Assembly (NCBI GenBank): GCA_965279035.1
Contig: OZ257142.1
Coordinates: forward strand, 3,488,001 to 3,552,000
Origin: Bacteroidia bacterium
Lineage (GTDB): Bacteria > Bacteroidota > Bacteroidia > M30B66
Reading direction: 5' to 3'
DNA: 64,000 bases
The notes beneath the pieces were generated by a model. It was given only the letters and a program-made list of their open reading frames with translations, was not told the DNA's origin and did not search any database. A program made the position numbers and the translations under genes. Shown piece after piece: positions 62,547 through 64,000 of the stretch (positions are counted from its first letter, which is position 1; every line of letters starts with the position of its first letter).

Positions 62547-64000
62547 TCAATTATTTTAACTACATTGTAATTGCTAATTACTTTGCATTTTGCAATTGCA
62601 TTTTCGGAAATTTGACAAACAAAGAGTTCTTTACATTTTTGTAGTCGTCTTTTAACATCTGCTCCTGATTCTGCCCATTGTCGAGAATTTAAATCGGCAT
62701 CTTTGTCGGTATCTGCAAAAACAAATAAGTAACAATTTTCATCTTTATTAATACTAGGTTGAATTGTTAAAGCCCAATCTTTATTGATGCCAAAAAGTTG
62801 CTGAGGTATTCCATGACCTTCAAATGAGTTGTTACCTTTTTTTAATTTCTCCCCACTTATTAGCCACAATGTAGTACCACCAACGGTTGTCTTGTTGTTT
62901 ATAGAATTGATAGATTTTCGCAGTGCTTCCATTCGGTTTATTAGCTCACCACTTGTTAACTCACTCAACTTGGATAAATCTATCTTTCCATTAATTCCAT
63001 TTTCTACATAATCAGCTCTACCTAAATCGGTGAAATTTACATACCAACTATTTTTATCCTTTGGGTATTCCAAAAACGGACCTTGCTCACCGTCCCATCC
63101 AAACTCTGAATCTCTCTTTGCATTTTGGCTTGCAGGGGATTTTGTATGAAAACCTAATTCATCATCCATAAGCGGAATAGCCGTTGGATTTCTATACCAA
63201 TTATTATCTTTTATTTGATTTTTGGTAACAGTACCTTGATATACTCTAGCAGCATCTGGAGATGCAACTGGCCACATACCATTCATTGCTGCACATAGTT
63301 TCATGTCCTCAACAAATGGTGCACCCAGCCCCATTGTGCTTAAGAAAATGTTTTTTGTGTCATTTCCATTATTTCCATAAGTCACATCCCAACCAGGGGC
63401 AAATACTGAAGAGCATACATCAGGAAGATAACTTGTGGTTTTATAATCATCTGCCCAATTTTTCTTATTTGTATTTAATGTTGATATTACAGCTGTTAAG
63501 GTATTATATAATTTGTCTGAATTATTTGAAGAGGGAAATGCTTTCTGATTACTATTTGGTATAGTTATGCTGGGATTCGGTCTTATTCTAGCAGAAGCAA
63601 GGCAAGCAATACCACCTTCGTAAAAATTACTTTCAATAGATATTCCAGGTTTAACATCATAATTAACTATGTCAAATACATTTACATATTGGAAAAAATC
63701 AGGTGCAGTCACAATTGAAAAGGCGTTATATGAACCTCTATTTATTACACTCTGTAATATTGAACTTTTAAAATTAGTTATATTAATTGTTACTACTCCA
63801 TCACACAAGGAATCTTCATAAACAGGAGCAAAATAACCACCTTTACTAATTGTGGTCTCAAATAAATCGTCATTCCTTTTTGAAATTTTTTCTGGATTTC
63901 TCATGTTATCAAGTTTATGAGCAATATGAACGTACATTGGTTTATTGCGTGCGTCCTTATAATTATTTGGAATTCGATAATCTTCGTTATCACTTAATAT
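62534..64000 (-). CDS. Possible LodA/GoxA-like protein, C-terminal part (starts beyond the window)
   Basis: ED..CDG.V, APDF and D..LC......WP...PD motifs resemble the LodA family; coupled to the flavoprotein gene. Confidence 0.5.
   Translation of the reverse strand: MLSDNEDYRIPNNYKDARNKPMYVHIAHKLDNMRNPEKISKRNDDLFETTISKGGYFAPVYEDSLCDGVVTINITNFKSSILQSVINRGSYNAFSIVTAPDFFQYVNVFDIVNYDVKPGISIESNFYEGGIACLASARIRPNPSITIPNSNQKAFPSSNNSDKLYNTLTAVISTLNTNKKNWADDYKTTSYLPDVCSSVFAPGWDVTYGNNGNDTKNIFLSTMGLGAPFVEDMKLCAAMNGMWPVASPDAARVYQGTVTKNQIKDNNWYRNPTAIPLMDDELGFHTKSPASQNAKRDSEFGWDGEQGPFLEYPKDKNSWYVNFTDLGRADYVENGINGKIDLSKLSELTSGELINRMEALRKSINSINNKTTVGGTTLWLISGEKLKKGNNSFEGHGIPQQLFGINKDWALTIQPSINKDENCYLFVFADTDKDADLNSRQWAESGADVKRRLQKCKELFVCQISENAIAKCKVISNYNVVKIIDWGI

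Larger units (their letters stand above)
5234..64000 (-). other. Integron-like gene cassette array (32 attC-like repeats, no integrase in window)
   Basis: Regular alternation of YAAC...GTTR palindromes with cassettes whose two ends are complementary; most cassette genes are on the minus strand. Confidence 0.9.

Noticed and set aside
1-64000. Integron integrase or attI site
   Set aside because: No ORF has tyrosine-recombinase R-H..R-Y motifs, so no attI can be assigned.
1-64000. tRNA or rRNA genes
   Set aside because: None recognised by eye.

Overview
AT-rich Bacteroidota-type DNA (T9SS-sorted proteins, TAnnTTTG promoter boxes). From ~5.2 kb to the window end it is one integron-like cassette array: 32 imperfect palindromic 124-127 bp repeats (YAAC...GTTR, several sequence families) separate cassettes of 0.4-9.5 kb, most with genes on the minus strand. 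No integrase/tyrosine recombinase is in the window. The array differs from canonical integrons in four ways. (i) Every complete cassette body has its own ~13-17 bp terminal inverted repeat with a conserved mismatch at position 10-12. (ii) The same cassette bodies occur with different repeat families on both sides. (iii) 14 cassettes are non-coding, nested-hairpin units of three families. (iv) One repeat family is crossed by translationally coupled ORFs. A Y2/IS91-type HUH transposase is carried as a cassette (3 copies). Three IS110 copies sit exactly at the putative crossover point of the repeats, and a bridge RNA with target, donor and handshake guides can be read in their left end. Cargo: T9SS large-protein/partner pairs, HNH and PD-(D/E)XK nucleases, an HTH-C5 MTase/HNH R-M pair, a RelE-type TA pair, a stress/detox gene block and a LodA/LodB-like pair. 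IS3 (x2) and IS4 (x1) elements disrupt the left part. All calls were made by eye; no database searches were run.
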